Source of the DNA: an uncultured Verrucomicrobia subdivision 3 bacterium | GTDB taxonomy: Bacteria > Verrucomicrobiota > Verrucomicrobiia > Limisphaerales > UBA11358 | NCBI GenBank assembly: GCA_903878805.1 | Contig: CAIRJF010000028.1 | Coordinates: 12,529-76,528, forward strand | DNA: 64,000 nucleotides | Reading direction: 5' to 3' | Part shown: positions 1 through 8,853 of the stretch, piece after piece | How the letters are laid out: every line of letters begins with the position of its first letter | How positions within the stretch are numbered: the stretch's first letter is position 1 | Made by a program: the position numbers and the translations under genes | Notes under the pieces: model-generated | What the model saw: the letters and a program-made list of their open reading frames with translations, nothing else | Database searches by the model: none | Told to the model about the DNA's origin: nothing

Positions 1-483
1 CGCGATGAGCAGGTTTGAGTTCAAAGCCTCCTTGCCGCCTCGCAGAATCGTCGCGTTGCCGGATTTGAAACACAAACTCGCCGCATCCGCTGTCACGTTC
101 GGACGCGATTCATAAATGATGACGACGACGCCGATGGGCGTGGAAATCTTTTGCAGCTTGAGTCCATTCGGACGGACCCGCTCGTCCAGAACTTTTCCAA
201 CGGGATCGGGCAATGCCGCGACTTCGCGCAAACCGCGCGCCATGCCGGAAATTCTTTTGTCATCCAATTTCAACCGGTCGAGCATCGCGGCAGACAAGCC
301 GTGCTTCGCGCCGAATTCCATGTCCAGCGCGTTGGCCTGCTTGATGGTGTCGGCGTTTTGTTCGAGTGCGGTGGCCATCGCGAGCAGGCAGGCGTTTTTC
401 TCCGCCGTTGTCAGCTTGGCGAGTTCGCGCGACGCAGCCTTGGCTTGTTTCGCCAATTGCGTCATCTGTTCCGTCAAATTCAT
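1..483 (-). CDS. proA: Gamma-glutamyl phosphate reductase (3' end outside the window)
   Basis: Not in the ORF track. Manual translation from ATG at 483: MNLTEQMTQLAKQAKAASRELAKL...LPDPVG...PIGVVVIIYESRPNVTADAASLCFKSGNATILRGGKEA, the ProA signature. Confidence 0.93.
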   Translation of the reverse strand, partial: MNLTEQMTQLAKQAKAASRELAKLTTAEKNACLLAMATALEQNADTIKQANALDMEFGAKHGLSAAMLDRLKLDDKRISGMARGLREVAALPDPVGKVLDERVRPNGLKLQKISTPIGVVVIIYESRPNVTADAASLCFKSGNATILRGGKEALNSNLLIA

Positions 484-526
484 GGGAGCCAAGTTAAACG
501 AAATGGCGGAGAAGTCAAAAGCGTGA

Positions 527-599
527 GGAGCGCGGATTGTCCTCAATCCGCAGCGGCTGGACAAACCAGCGCGCTGCGAGTTGAGACAACTCGCGCTCC
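527..599. repeat. REPIN-like element: two inverted palindromic REP units
   Basis: GGAGCGCGGATTGTCCTCAATCCGCAGC (527-554) and GCTGCGAGTTGAGACAACTCGCGCTCC (573-599) are near reverse complements, and each is itself a hairpin. Confidence 0.75.
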
Positions 600-616
600 A
601 AACGCGGCCTGCCAAC

Positions 617-1291
617 TTATTTCAAATTCGCGTCCGCACCGAGCATGGACGAAAAGAAATCGCCGCCGCGCAAGGCAACCAGCACGGCCAAGCCCGCGAG
701 ATCAGCAGGCGTCTTCACATTTTTCATGACGAAATTATCAATGCCAATTCTCTGCTCGCGATTGTTGCCCACATCTTTCAAATCAATAAATCGCGCCGTG
801 CCGACGGACACGTTCAGCGCGTCAATGCCTTGAAAATCCAAGCCAGTTCGCTGCTTGAATTCCTTCAACCCCGCGTTACCGCCGCCTTTCGCGCCTTTTT
901 TCGGCAGCGCGACGCCGAGCGCAAACAGGTTCGTCTGGCCGGCTTCGTTTCGCACGATGTCGAGTTCGTCAAGATTGAAGCGCATCAACGTGACGTGAAT
1001 CTGATTTTTCGCCAACGCCGCGCGGTCATATTCGACGTGGATTTCCGGGATGCTCAAAAACGGCGTGCCGCCAAACGCGGGCGGGTTGTAAATTTTGAAG
1101 TCTTTGATGGTCACGACCGGCTCAGTGAGGCCGAGATGAAATGTCCCGATCTCCGCATCCATGCCCGTCTGCGCGCGAATGCGGTTCTCAGCCACCACGC
1201 GCAAAATCGAGTCGAGCGAGAGCAAGAAAACCACCGCCAGCACAATCACCAGCAGCACCGCGCCAAAAAACCATTTCAAAATCGTTTTCAT
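617..1291 (-). CDS. AsmA-family periplasmic protein with N-terminal membrane anchor
   Basis: N-terminal TM helix followed by an AsmA-like beta-rich region (VTIKDFKIYNPPAF...IPEIHVEYD...RNEAGQTNL). ATG at 1291. Confidence 0.65.
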   Translation of the reverse strand: MKTILKWFFGAVLLVIVLAVVFLLSLDSILRVVAENRIRAQTGMDAEIGTFHLGLTEPVVTIKDFKIYNPPAFGGTPFLSIPEIHVEYDRAALAKNQIHVTLMRFNLDELDIVRNEAGQTNLFALGVALPKKGAKGGGNAGLKEFKQRTGLDFQGIDALNVSVGTARFIDLKDVGNNREQRIGIDNFVMKNVKTPADLAGLAVLVALRGGDFFSSMLGADANLK

Positions 1292-1292
1292 G

Positions 1293-1952
1293 TTACAGCC
1301 GCACATCTTCCGGCCGCACTTCCAGACATTCGTCCTGATCTTCCCAAATCACCGCTGCGTAACTATCCAAAAGTTTTGGCGCGAGTTCGCGACCGGCGAT
1401 GGACAAAAGTTTTTCCGCCGTCTGCGCCGCGTTTTCGTAAGCGCCATCGTAATTGCCTACGCGCTTGCGCTGACGGTCGTCCCAATGCGCGACGGCGTGA
1501 ATCGGTTCGTATTCCTTCGCCCACGGTTCGAAGATAACACGTAGTTCAATCGGCAATTCATCGAACGGCACGAGGATTTCGTTGCAATGCTGGCAGATTA
1601 AACCTTCCGTGCGAACATCGCGCGTGAGCAACGGGAGAAACGGCGCGCGGCAGCACGGCGATTCTGCGTAGGCGGCGGGCGCGGTGGCGAGACGTTTGTG
1701 CCAGATTTGCCGACTGTGCGCGACCTGCGCGGCGAGGCGATACGCGCCGACAAGCGGATGCGACAGCCGCCACGCGCGACCTTCAAGTTGGCCGAGCGTC
1801 TGTGCGAGCCAGCGCGCGAGCGTGAGGTCGTCCCACGCCGAAAACGAGCGCGCGTATTCCGTCCATAACGAATCGAGCGGCGAACTTGAAGCCATTTCCA
1901 TCGTCACAGTCTGGCGCGGGAAAAATGTTTTGTCGAGCGGCGTTGAACTCAA
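1293..1952 (-). CDS. Hypothetical protein with putative Zn-binding Cys pairs
   Basis: Tightly packed between its neighbours on the same strand; CCRAP...CQHC motif. Start uncertain. Confidence 0.7.
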   Translation of the reverse strand: MSSTPLDKTFFPRQTVTMEMASSSPLDSLWTEYARSFSAWDDLTLARWLAQTLGQLEGRAWRLSHPLVGAYRLAAQVAHSRQIWHKRLATAPAAYAESPCCRAPFLPLLTRDVRTEGLICQHCNEILVPFDELPIELRVIFEPWAKEYEPIHAVAHWDDRQRKRVGNYDGAYENAAQTAEKLLSIAGRELAPKLLDSYAAVIWEDQDECLEVRPEDVRL

Positions 1953-2503
1953 CTCGCTAGCGGCGCGCCCACATTAATTTTGTGCTTCAAACAATAAGCG
2001 CCGTTGTCCACATACTTTTGCGCCCACCATTTTAAGCCGGCGCGTTCTTCCTTCGTCAGTTTGCGGACGACTTTCGCGGGCGCACCGAGCACGAGCGAGC
2101 CGGGCGGAATTTTCGTTCCCTGCGTCACGAGTGCCTTCGCGCCGATGATGGATTGTTTGCCGATGACCGCGCCGTCCAAAATCACCACACCCATGCCGAC
2201 CAACACTTCGTCGCCGACCGTGCACGCGTGCACAATCGCGCCGTGGCCGACAGTCACCCAGTTGCCGAGCACGCACGGAAATTTATCCGCGAGATGCAGC
2301 ACGGCGTTGTCCTGAATGTTCGTGTGATGGCCGACGACGATGCGGTTGATATCGCCGCGCAACACCGCGCCATACCAAACGCTGCTGTGCGCGCCGAGCG
2401 TCACGTCGCCGATGACCACGCCGCTGCTGGCGATGAAAACGCCTTTGCCGAGCTTCGGTTTTTTGCGGAGAAAAGTATCAAGCTGTTTATCGAGTTCGCC
2501 CAT
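1949..2503 (-). CDS. Gamma-class carbonic anhydrase family (YrdA-like) hexapeptide-repeat protein
   Basis: VIGDVTLG..SSVWYGAVLRGD, NIQDNAVLH, VTVGHGAIVHAC. Confidence 0.9.
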   Translation of the reverse strand: MGELDKQLDTFLRKKPKLGKGVFIASSGVVIGDVTLGAHSSVWYGAVLRGDINRIVVGHHTNIQDNAVLHLADKFPCVLGNWVTVGHGAIVHACTVGDEVLVGMGVVILDGAVIGKQSIIGAKALVTQGTKIPPGSLVLGAPAKVVRKLTKEERAGLKWWAQKYVDNGAYCLKHKINVGAPLAS

Positions 2504-2547
2504 GCGGAAATTTTAACACGAAGCGGCGGCTGAAGCACAGAATCTTT

Positions 2548-2608
2548 GACACGGATTGCACGGATTAACACAGATTAAAAATCCGTGAAAATCTGTGCAA
2601 TCCGTGTC
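2548..2608. repeat. Inverted-repeat element built from 9-10-bp CACGGATT units
   Basis: GACACGGATTGCACGGATTAACACAGATT ... ATCCGTGAAAATCTGTGCAATCCGTGTC. Confidence 0.8.
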
Positions 2609-2690
2609 TGCATTTGGTTGTTAAGCGAAAACGCTTGAAAAACTATTTTGGCAGGCGCAACCTCGAATCCATGAAACAAGGCGGGTCATT

Positions 2691-3137
2691 ATGAGTGCCG
2701 AAGAAAATCGTAAGCGAATCCAAGAGTTGAGATGGGTTGGTTTCCAAAGGCTTTTAGCAGGCATTGCAATTATTTTTGGTGTGAGCTGCGTTTTTTTTAT
2801 TTTTTTAGACGAGCAGGCTGGCTCGCGACCTCACTATTCTTATTCGAGCGGAAAAGCATTGGGTCTGCTGCTGTTTGCCGGAGTGTGGGGTTTGTGGAAT
2901 ATCGTGCGAGGAATTATTTATCTTATCCGCGCGCAATCTGGCGACGAGCACTATGCAAAAAAGGTAGTGGATACAATGGATAAAGTTGAAAGCAAGCAGG
3001 AAGAAGTGATGGGAAAGCAAATCGGGAAAGACGGCTCGCTGCACAACGTGTTAGTGTTATTGGTTTGGATTTTTCTATTTCTAGCTGTGATTGGAGCTAT
3101 TTGCATTGGTTATTTATTTTGGACGAAACCGACCTAA
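2691..3137 (+). CDS. AT-rich hypothetical membrane protein (3 TM)
   Basis: 148-aa ORF with three hydrophobic segments; visibly lower GC than its neighbours. Confidence 0.7.
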   Translation: MSAEENRKRIQELRWVGFQRLLAGIAIIFGVSCVFFIFLDEQAGSRPHYSYSSGKALGLLLFAGVWGLWNIVRGIIYLIRAQSGDEHYAKKVVDTMDKVESKQEEVMGKQIGKDGSLHNVLVLLVWIFLFLAVIGAICIGYLFWTKPT

Positions 3138-3233
3138 TAGTTAGACAAGTTGCAAATTTCTTCCGCAACCTTCGCGCGAGATTTTAATTTTCAAATTGGT
3201 CGAACGCGTTGCGAGTGCTAGAGTTTCCGCGCC

Positions 3234-4163
3234 GTGACCAAACCATCCGCCAGCCGTCCCGTGCCGCCGCGCCGCAAGTTGCCGCGCTCGTTCAAGGATT
3301 TGACGCCGGCCAAACACTTCAACCCGCGCACTTTTTTTCACGAGCTGATTCTCAAAGGCTGGTTCACGCCGCGCACCGGCACGCATCGTCCGCCGATTTT
3401 TCCAAAATTAAAACGTCGTCAGGTCGCCATCACTTGGATTGGTCACGCGTCCTTTTTAATCCAGTTCGACGACTTGAACGTGCTCGTGGATCCAAATTTT
3501 GCGAACTGGCTTTTTCTCCTGAAGCGGCTAAAGCGCTCCGGCCTGCGCGTGCAGGATTTGCCGCCGATTGATTTGGTTCTGCTCACGCACGCGCACTTCG
3601 ACCATTTTCACAAACCGACGCTGCGCAAATTGCCGTCCACGAAAATCGGCATCATGCCGTGGGGCGTTGGCGACCTCGCGAAAAAACTCGGCTTCGCGCG
3701 CATCGTGGAGCTGGACTGGTGGGAAAGTTTTTCGCAGGGCGATTGGAAGGTGACGTTCACGCCGAGCAAACATTGGGGTGCGCGCACGTTGCACGACCAT
3801 CATCGCGGCTACGGCGGATTCGTCCTGGAGCATCAAGGCCGGAAAATTTATCACGCCGGCGACAGCGCGTATTTTGAAGACTTCGCGGAAATCGGCGAAA
3901 AGTTGCGGCCGGAAATCGCGTTGCTACCCATCGGCGCGTATCACCCGGAAAGTTTCCGCAAAGTCCACATGGGCCCGGACGAAGCAGTGCAGGCGTTCAA
4001 AGATTTGCGCGCAAAAGTTTTTGTGCCGATGCACTACGGCACGTTCAAATTGTCCTTTGAAGACATGGCCGAACCGCCGCGCTGGCTCAAGGAAATCGCC
4101 GCGCAACAAAAACTCACGTCGCGCCTGAAAATTCTCGACGAAGGTGTGCCCAAGGTGTTTTGA
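3234..4163 (+). CDS. MBL-fold metallohydrolase (NAPE-PLD/RomA-like)
   Basis: TWIGHASF, THAHFDH, HAGDS, ALLPIGAY, HMGP, PMHYGTF motifs. Confidence 0.88.
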   Translation: MTKPSASRPVPPRRKLPRSFKDLTPAKHFNPRTFFHELILKGWFTPRTGTHRPPIFPKLKRRQVAITWIGHASFLIQFDDLNVLVDPNFANWLFLLKRLKRSGLRVQDLPPIDLVLLTHAHFDHFHKPTLRKLPSTKIGIMPWGVGDLAKKLGFARIVELDWWESFSQGDWKVTFTPSKHWGARTLHDHHRGYGGFVLEHQGRKIYHAGDSAYFEDFAEIGEKLRPEIALLPIGAYHPESFRKVHMGPDEAVQAFKDLRAKVFVPMHYGTFKLSFEDMAEPPRWLKEIAAQQKLTSRLKILDEGVPKVF

Positions 4164-4181
4164 TTGGCGAAATTAAACGCC

Positions 4182-5645
4182 ATGTTTGAATTTGAACTGC
4201 CCGAAAAATTTCGCCGTTACGTCCCGCTGACGATCTGGCTGATTGTCGCGCTGACCATCCTTTTCATTCCGCTGAAAATTGTGAGCTATGGCTACCTGCC
4301 GGGCGACGATGCGTTGCGGCATTGCGCGAAAGCGGTCAGCGGCAAGCCGTGGCCGGAAATTCTGGTGGTCGGCAATACGTTCAAGATTGACCAGAGCATC
4401 GGCTGGCACGGCATCCTCGGCGCGGTGCATCAGGCGACCGGCTGGGGCGCGGAAAATCTCGTGACCTTTTCGGTCGTCGCGCTTTTCATTTTGGTGAATT
4501 CAGCTTTGTTGCCGTGGCTCAAAAGGCCGGAAGCGTGGCTCGTGGCGCTACTCGCGGCGATGATCGTTTCAGATTTGCCGCAGCGTTTTCTTCTTGGTCG
4601 CCCGTTCAACTTCACCATCACCGCGCTGATGCTAATTTTGTTCCTGACGCAAAAATTCCAGCCGTCGCTGAAATTTTTTCTGGCGTTCACGGGGCTGATT
4701 TTCGGCTGCACGTTCATCCACGGCGTGTGGTATTTGTGGCTGCTGCCGGTGGCGGCATTTTTTTTCGCGGGCGAATTCCGCTGGTCGCTGCTCGTGGCCG
4801 GCGCGTGGCTGGCGGGAACATTTTTTTCCGCGCTGCTGTCCGGCCATCCGTCGGATTATCTGGCGCACGCGCTGATGATGGCGGTGAACGGCGTCGGCCA
4901 GCACACGACGAACAGCACCGAGGTCGCGGAACTCCAGCCGTTTGGCGGCGACATTTTGGCCGTCATCATTTTCGGCGCGCTCGTGGCGCTGAGATTTTTT
5001 ACAAGGCCGGACGCCGTTTCCTTCACGCGCAGCCCGGCGTTCTGGCTGATGTGCGGCTGCTGGATTTTAAGTTTTCGCGTGAGCCGATTTTGGGAGGATT
5101 GGGGCTGGCCGGCGCTGATGGTTTTGATTGTGACGGAAGTGGAATTTTTACTGCTCACGAAATTTGCCGCCGATTCGTCGCGCCGGCTGCTGCTGGCAAT
5201 TATTTTGACGCTCGCCGCCTTTCTCTGCGTGACGAGCGATTTGAACGGCCGCTACACGAAAAATCTGGCGTGGCAGTTTCTCTCGGTGAAGGAGCATCCC
5301 GAACTTGCGGGCTGGATGCCAGACAAGGGCGGCATCTTGTATTCTGCGAGCATGGGAGTTTTCTACCAGACGTTTTACAAAAACCCGACCGCCGACTGGC
5401 GCTACGTCCTCGGCTTCGAGCCGGCGCTGATGCCCGCAGATGATTTTGCGACCTACCACAGCATCATGTGGAACAACGGCGACGCGAAGGCCTATGCGCC
5501 GTGGGTCAACAAAATGAAACCGGTGGATCGGTTGGTCGTCCCCGGCAACGGCAACGAGCGTCCGGGCATTGCGGGACTGGAATGGGATTACGCCGTGAGC
5601 GGCCTCTGGATTGGTCGCACGCCGAGAACGCAAATGCAGAAGTAA
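4182..5645 (+). CDS. Polytopic membrane protein, possible GT-C-fold glycosyltransferase
   Basis: About 10 TM segments, an acidic DD motif after TM1 (GDDALRH) and a C-terminal periplasmic domain. Confidence 0.6.
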   Translation: MFEFELPEKFRRYVPLTIWLIVALTILFIPLKIVSYGYLPGDDALRHCAKAVSGKPWPEILVVGNTFKIDQSIGWHGILGAVHQATGWGAENLVTFSVVALFILVNSALLPWLKRPEAWLVALLAAMIVSDLPQRFLLGRPFNFTITALMLILFLTQKFQPSLKFFLAFTGLIFGCTFIHGVWYLWLLPVAAFFFAGEFRWSLLVAGAWLAGTFFSALLSGHPSDYLAHALMMAVNGVGQHTTNSTEVAELQPFGGDILAVIIFGALVALRFFTRPDAVSFTRSPAFWLMCGCWILSFRVSRFWEDWGWPALMVLIVTEVEFLLLTKFAADSSRRLLLAIILTLAAFLCVTSDLNGRYTKNLAWQFLSVKEHPELAGWMPDKGGILYSASMGVFYQTFYKNPTADWRYVLGFEPALMPADDFATYHSIMWNNGDAKAYAPWVNKMKPVDRLVVPGNGNERPGIAGLEWDYAVSGLWIGRTPRTQMQK

Positions 5646-5684
5646 GAATGGAGAAGGCAGAAACGGGCGCGCAAAAATTTTTCT

Positions 5685-6356
5685 TCACACTGCGCCAAAG
5701 GTTTTTCCTTGTGTGTCAAGCTGCCGCGCCAGTTCAAAATCTTTATCCGTCAGCCCGCCCGCGTCGTGCGTGGTGAGCGCGAGCGTGACCTTGTTCCAGC
5801 GAATGTCCGCGTCGGGGTGATGCTGCGCCTGCTCGGCCAGCTCGGCGACGACATTCACGAATTTCATCGCGGCTGGAAAATCCTTGAAGACGAACGTGCG
5901 CGAAATAATTTCGCCGTTGCGCGACCATTTCGGCAAAGTAGAAAGCTCGAGGAGGATTTTCGCCGGCTCCATTTTGATTTGGCCGGCGGCAAAACTTTCG
6001 AGCGATTCCAGGCCGACCTTCGACGCCTCGCGCAATAATGCAAAACTCGTTTGCAGCGACCAGACCCACGCCAGCGCGCAAATGCCCACGCCGCTAAACG
6101 CGAGGCCGAGCCCGCCCGGCGTAGTTTTCGGCGCGTCGTGAAACATCATCTGGTAATACTGCACAAGCACGCGGAACGCCCAGAGGCAGAACAAAAAAAA
6201 TCCGGCGAGGAAAACCAGCAGTTGCAGCGCGCCCTCTACGCGGCGTCCGACCAGCAGCGTGCCAAGACCGGGTGTGCCGAGCTGGTTCAGCAGCGCGGCG
6301 TTGCGCGCCTGCGCACGGCTAATTTTTTTGCGCGGCGAAGATGGTTTCATAGGCAT
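5685..6356 (-). CDS. Membrane domain fused to pterin-4a-carbinolamine dehydratase (PhhB-like)
   Basis: C-terminal FKDFPAAMKFVNVVAELAEQAQHHPD...LTTHDAGGLTDKDF is the PCD signature; the N-terminal half has 2-3 TM segments. Confidence 0.8.
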   Translation of the reverse strand: MPMKPSSPRKKISRAQARNAALLNQLGTPGLGTLLVGRRVEGALQLLVFLAGFFLFCLWAFRVLVQYYQMMFHDAPKTTPGGLGLAFSGVGICALAWVWSLQTSFALLREASKVGLESLESFAAGQIKMEPAKILLELSTLPKWSRNGEIISRTFVFKDFPAAMKFVNVVAELAEQAQHHPDADIRWNKVTLALTTHDAGGLTDKDFELARQLDTQGKTFGAV

Positions 6357-7215
6357 ACATCAGGGCAATCGTGCCGATCGGCATGGTCACCAACATGCCG
6401 ATGCCGCAGGCGATGATTCCCAGCGTCGCCACTAAACCAAAAACCAGCATGGCCGCAAAAACAATGAACCAATGCTTGCTCACCATACGCCGGCTCAATT
6501 GCATCGCCGGCCAGAAATCAAGCTGGCGGTCAATCACAAGCGGAATCGCAAAATACCACGCCACCGTTAGGTAAATCCCCGGCAGCAAGCACAGCGCATA
6601 GCCTAGCAGAACGAGGATCAACTGCACGAAGCTCAATAAAATCAACTGGCCGGCGCGCGGGCCGAAACCGGAAAAGGCGTCGCTGATGGCCGTCGGTTCG
6701 CCGCGAATCAGTTTCAAATAATACTTGAAGAGCCCCGCCATGAAGACCGTTGAAAACGGTGCGCTCACGAGCGACACACCCAGCACAATAAAAAGGCCAT
6801 GCACATTGATTTTTTGCGCCATCACCATTTGATTGATGATGGGATTGGTAATGAGGCCGAAAAGCTGGTTGACGCCAATGACGGCAAAGAGAACGAGCGC
6901 AGTCGTGCCAACGACCGGCCAGAAATCACTTTTCAGCAAACTCCAGGCGCGCGTCAGGCAGTCGCCCAAGTCCAGTTCGTAATCTTCAGCGGGCGTGCCG
7001 GCGGCGGGCGGCGCAATCGTCGCGGGCGCGGACGGCTGCGCGAAGGACTCCGCAATTTCCGGAAACAGCGCCAGCGCGCGAAACTCCGCGTCGCTTTCCG
7101 ATTTTGCCAGTGATTGCGCGTTGAGTCGGCCCTCGGTGATCCATTTCCGCAGTTCCGCTTCCGTGACCGGACCGTATTCCTTGCCGTCGCCGCCGATGAT
7201 GAGATAGTTCGCCAT
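6319..7215 (-). CDS. GYF_2 (DUF4339) domain membrane protein
   Basis: N-terminal YLIIGGDGKEYGPV...WITEGRL followed by a multi-TM domain. Confidence 0.8.
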   Translation of the reverse strand: MANYLIIGGDGKEYGPVTEAELRKWITEGRLNAQSLAKSESDAEFRALALFPEIAESFAQPSAPATIAPPAAGTPAEDYELDLGDCLTRAWSLLKSDFWPVVGTTALVLFAVIGVNQLFGLITNPIINQMVMAQKINVHGLFIVLGVSLVSAPFSTVFMAGLFKYYLKLIRGEPTAISDAFSGFGPRAGQLILLSFVQLILVLLGYALCLLPGIYLTVAWYFAIPLVIDRQLDFWPAMQLSRRMVSKHWFIVFAAMLVFGLVATLGIIACGIGMLVTMPIGTIALMYAYETIFAAQKN

Positions 7216-7370
7216 AAATTTTTTCGACTCCACTTTTACCGGGTTGTTTCTAATTCATTGCGCTCAATGATGCAAGCTGCTTTGCCAGCGGAAATCATCA
7301 TCGCACTAAAATCTGTGGGAGCCGGCGATAACTGGCCGAATCACAATGGTTTTGGCGCAATGAAAAATCG

Positions 7371-7443
7371 GTAGGGTGTGTCACTCCGTGCGCGCCGTGT
7401 TTGGCCAGACAGATGACGGTGCGCACGGAGTGACGCGCCCTAT
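7371..7443. repeat. GTAG-type REP inverted repeat
   Basis: GTAGGGTGTGTCACTCCGTGCGCGCCGT ... ACGGTGCGCACGGAGTGACGCGCCCTAT, about 28-bp arms. Confidence 0.8.
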
Positions 7444-7607
7444 TTTTACCTTCTGAAATTGATTGAGGCAAAATTGGAATGATCCGGCAAATTCATTCTG
7501 AAATTCTAAATTCAAGTTTGCTTTTATGTGCCACAAAAGCCCGATGCTTGGGCTTGACGAATTTCTTGATTGTGCCATTTTGCTACTCATAAAAATAATT
7601 TTATTCA

Positions 7608-8846
7608 ATGGCCGCAGTTAAATCCAGTTTTCTCGACAAAGTCCTTGGCCGCATCGGGCGGTTGGACACGGAAGGGTTGCAGACGGTCGTCCAACGGCTC
7701 GCGCGCGAACGCAGTTTTCTTGAAACGCTCTTCAACACCATCGAGGATGGTGTGCTGGTGGTGGATGAAAATGGTCGCGTGCTCTATTTCAACCAGGCCG
7801 TCACGCGGCTCATTGGTTTGCAGCCGGACGCAGAGGATTTGCAGATAGCGGACATTTTGCCGGAAGTGGACTGGCAAAAAATTTCTCGCACGGATCACAC
7901 TGGCGGCGCGCATGTCGTGCGGCATGAATTTGAAATCCATTATCCGCGTCCGCGTTTTCTCCGGCTCTACGCCGCACCGCTCGATGGCGAAGCCACGGGC
8001 AGCTCCGGTGTCGCACTGATTCTGCACGACGCGACCGAGGCGCGGCAGAAAACCTTTGAAGCCATCGAAAGCGAACGCATTCAGGCGCTGACTTTGCTTG
8101 CGGCGAGCGTCGCGCATGAAATCGGCAACCCGCTGAACGCGCTGCACATCCATCTGCAACTAATGGAGCGCGAGGTAAAAAAATTAAAAACTGCGCCGAC
8201 AAGTTCCAGATTGCTGGCGCGTTCCCGCCCTAAAAATATTGAAACTGAGATGGAGGCGGCGGAGGTCGCCAAAAAATTGGAGCAATATCTCGACGTGGCG
8301 AAAGGCGAAATTCACCGTTTGGATTATATCGTCACGCAATTCCTCGGCGCGATTCGCCCGGCGCCGCTGCAAGTGAAGCTGGCATCACTGAACGACGTGG
8401 TGGAAAAAACTTTGGATTTGCTGCGGCCGGAAATTGAAAATCGCGGCGTGACGGTCAAAACGAAATTGGCGCGCCACCTGACGGCGACGCCGGTTGACGC
8501 GACGCAATTGCAGCAGGTTTTGGTGAACCTTGTTAAAAATGCGACGCAAGCGATGACGACCGGCGGCACCCTGACGTTGCAGACCGGCGAAAATAGCGAC
8601 AACGTCTGGTTCAGCGTCGCGGACACAGGCGGCGGCATTCCGCAGGAACAGATTAATCGGATTTTCGAGCCGTTTTACACGACCAAAAAAAAGGGCAGCG
8701 GCCTCGGCCTGATGATTGTGCAACGCATTGTCCGCGCCCACAACGGGCGCATTGAATTGGAAAGCCAAGTCGGTCGCGGCACGACATTCCGTATTTGGCT
8801 ACCGCTGCACGAACGTAAGCCGCGCCTGCTCGAAAATAAAAAATAA
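7608..8846 (+). CDS. PAS-domain sensor histidine kinase (NtrB/AtoS type)
   Basis: PAS region, H-box VAHEIGNPL, N-box NLVKNA, DTGGG and GSGLGL. Confidence 0.92.
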   Translation: MAAVKSSFLDKVLGRIGRLDTEGLQTVVQRLARERSFLETLFNTIEDGVLVVDENGRVLYFNQAVTRLIGLQPDAEDLQIADILPEVDWQKISRTDHTGGAHVVRHEFEIHYPRPRFLRLYAAPLDGEATGSSGVALILHDATEARQKTFEAIESERIQALTLLAASVAHEIGNPLNALHIHLQLMEREVKKLKTAPTSSRLLARSRPKNIETEMEAAEVAKKLEQYLDVAKGEIHRLDYIVTQFLGAIRPAPLQVKLASLNDVVEKTLDLLRPEIENRGVTVKTKLARHLTATPVDATQLQQVLVNLVKNATQAMTTGGTLTLQTGENSDNVWFSVADTGGGIPQEQINRIFEPFYTTKKKGSGLGLMIVQRIVRAHNGRIELESQVGRGTTFRIWLPLHERKPRLLENKK

Positions 8847-8853
8847 GGCAAAG

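Noticed and set aside
7271-7288. Sigma54 promoter (minus strand TGGCAAAGCAGCTTGCA; similar motif at 19985)
   Set aside because: The GG-to-GC spacing is 11 rather than the canonical 10, so it cannot be supported as a standard -24/-12 site.
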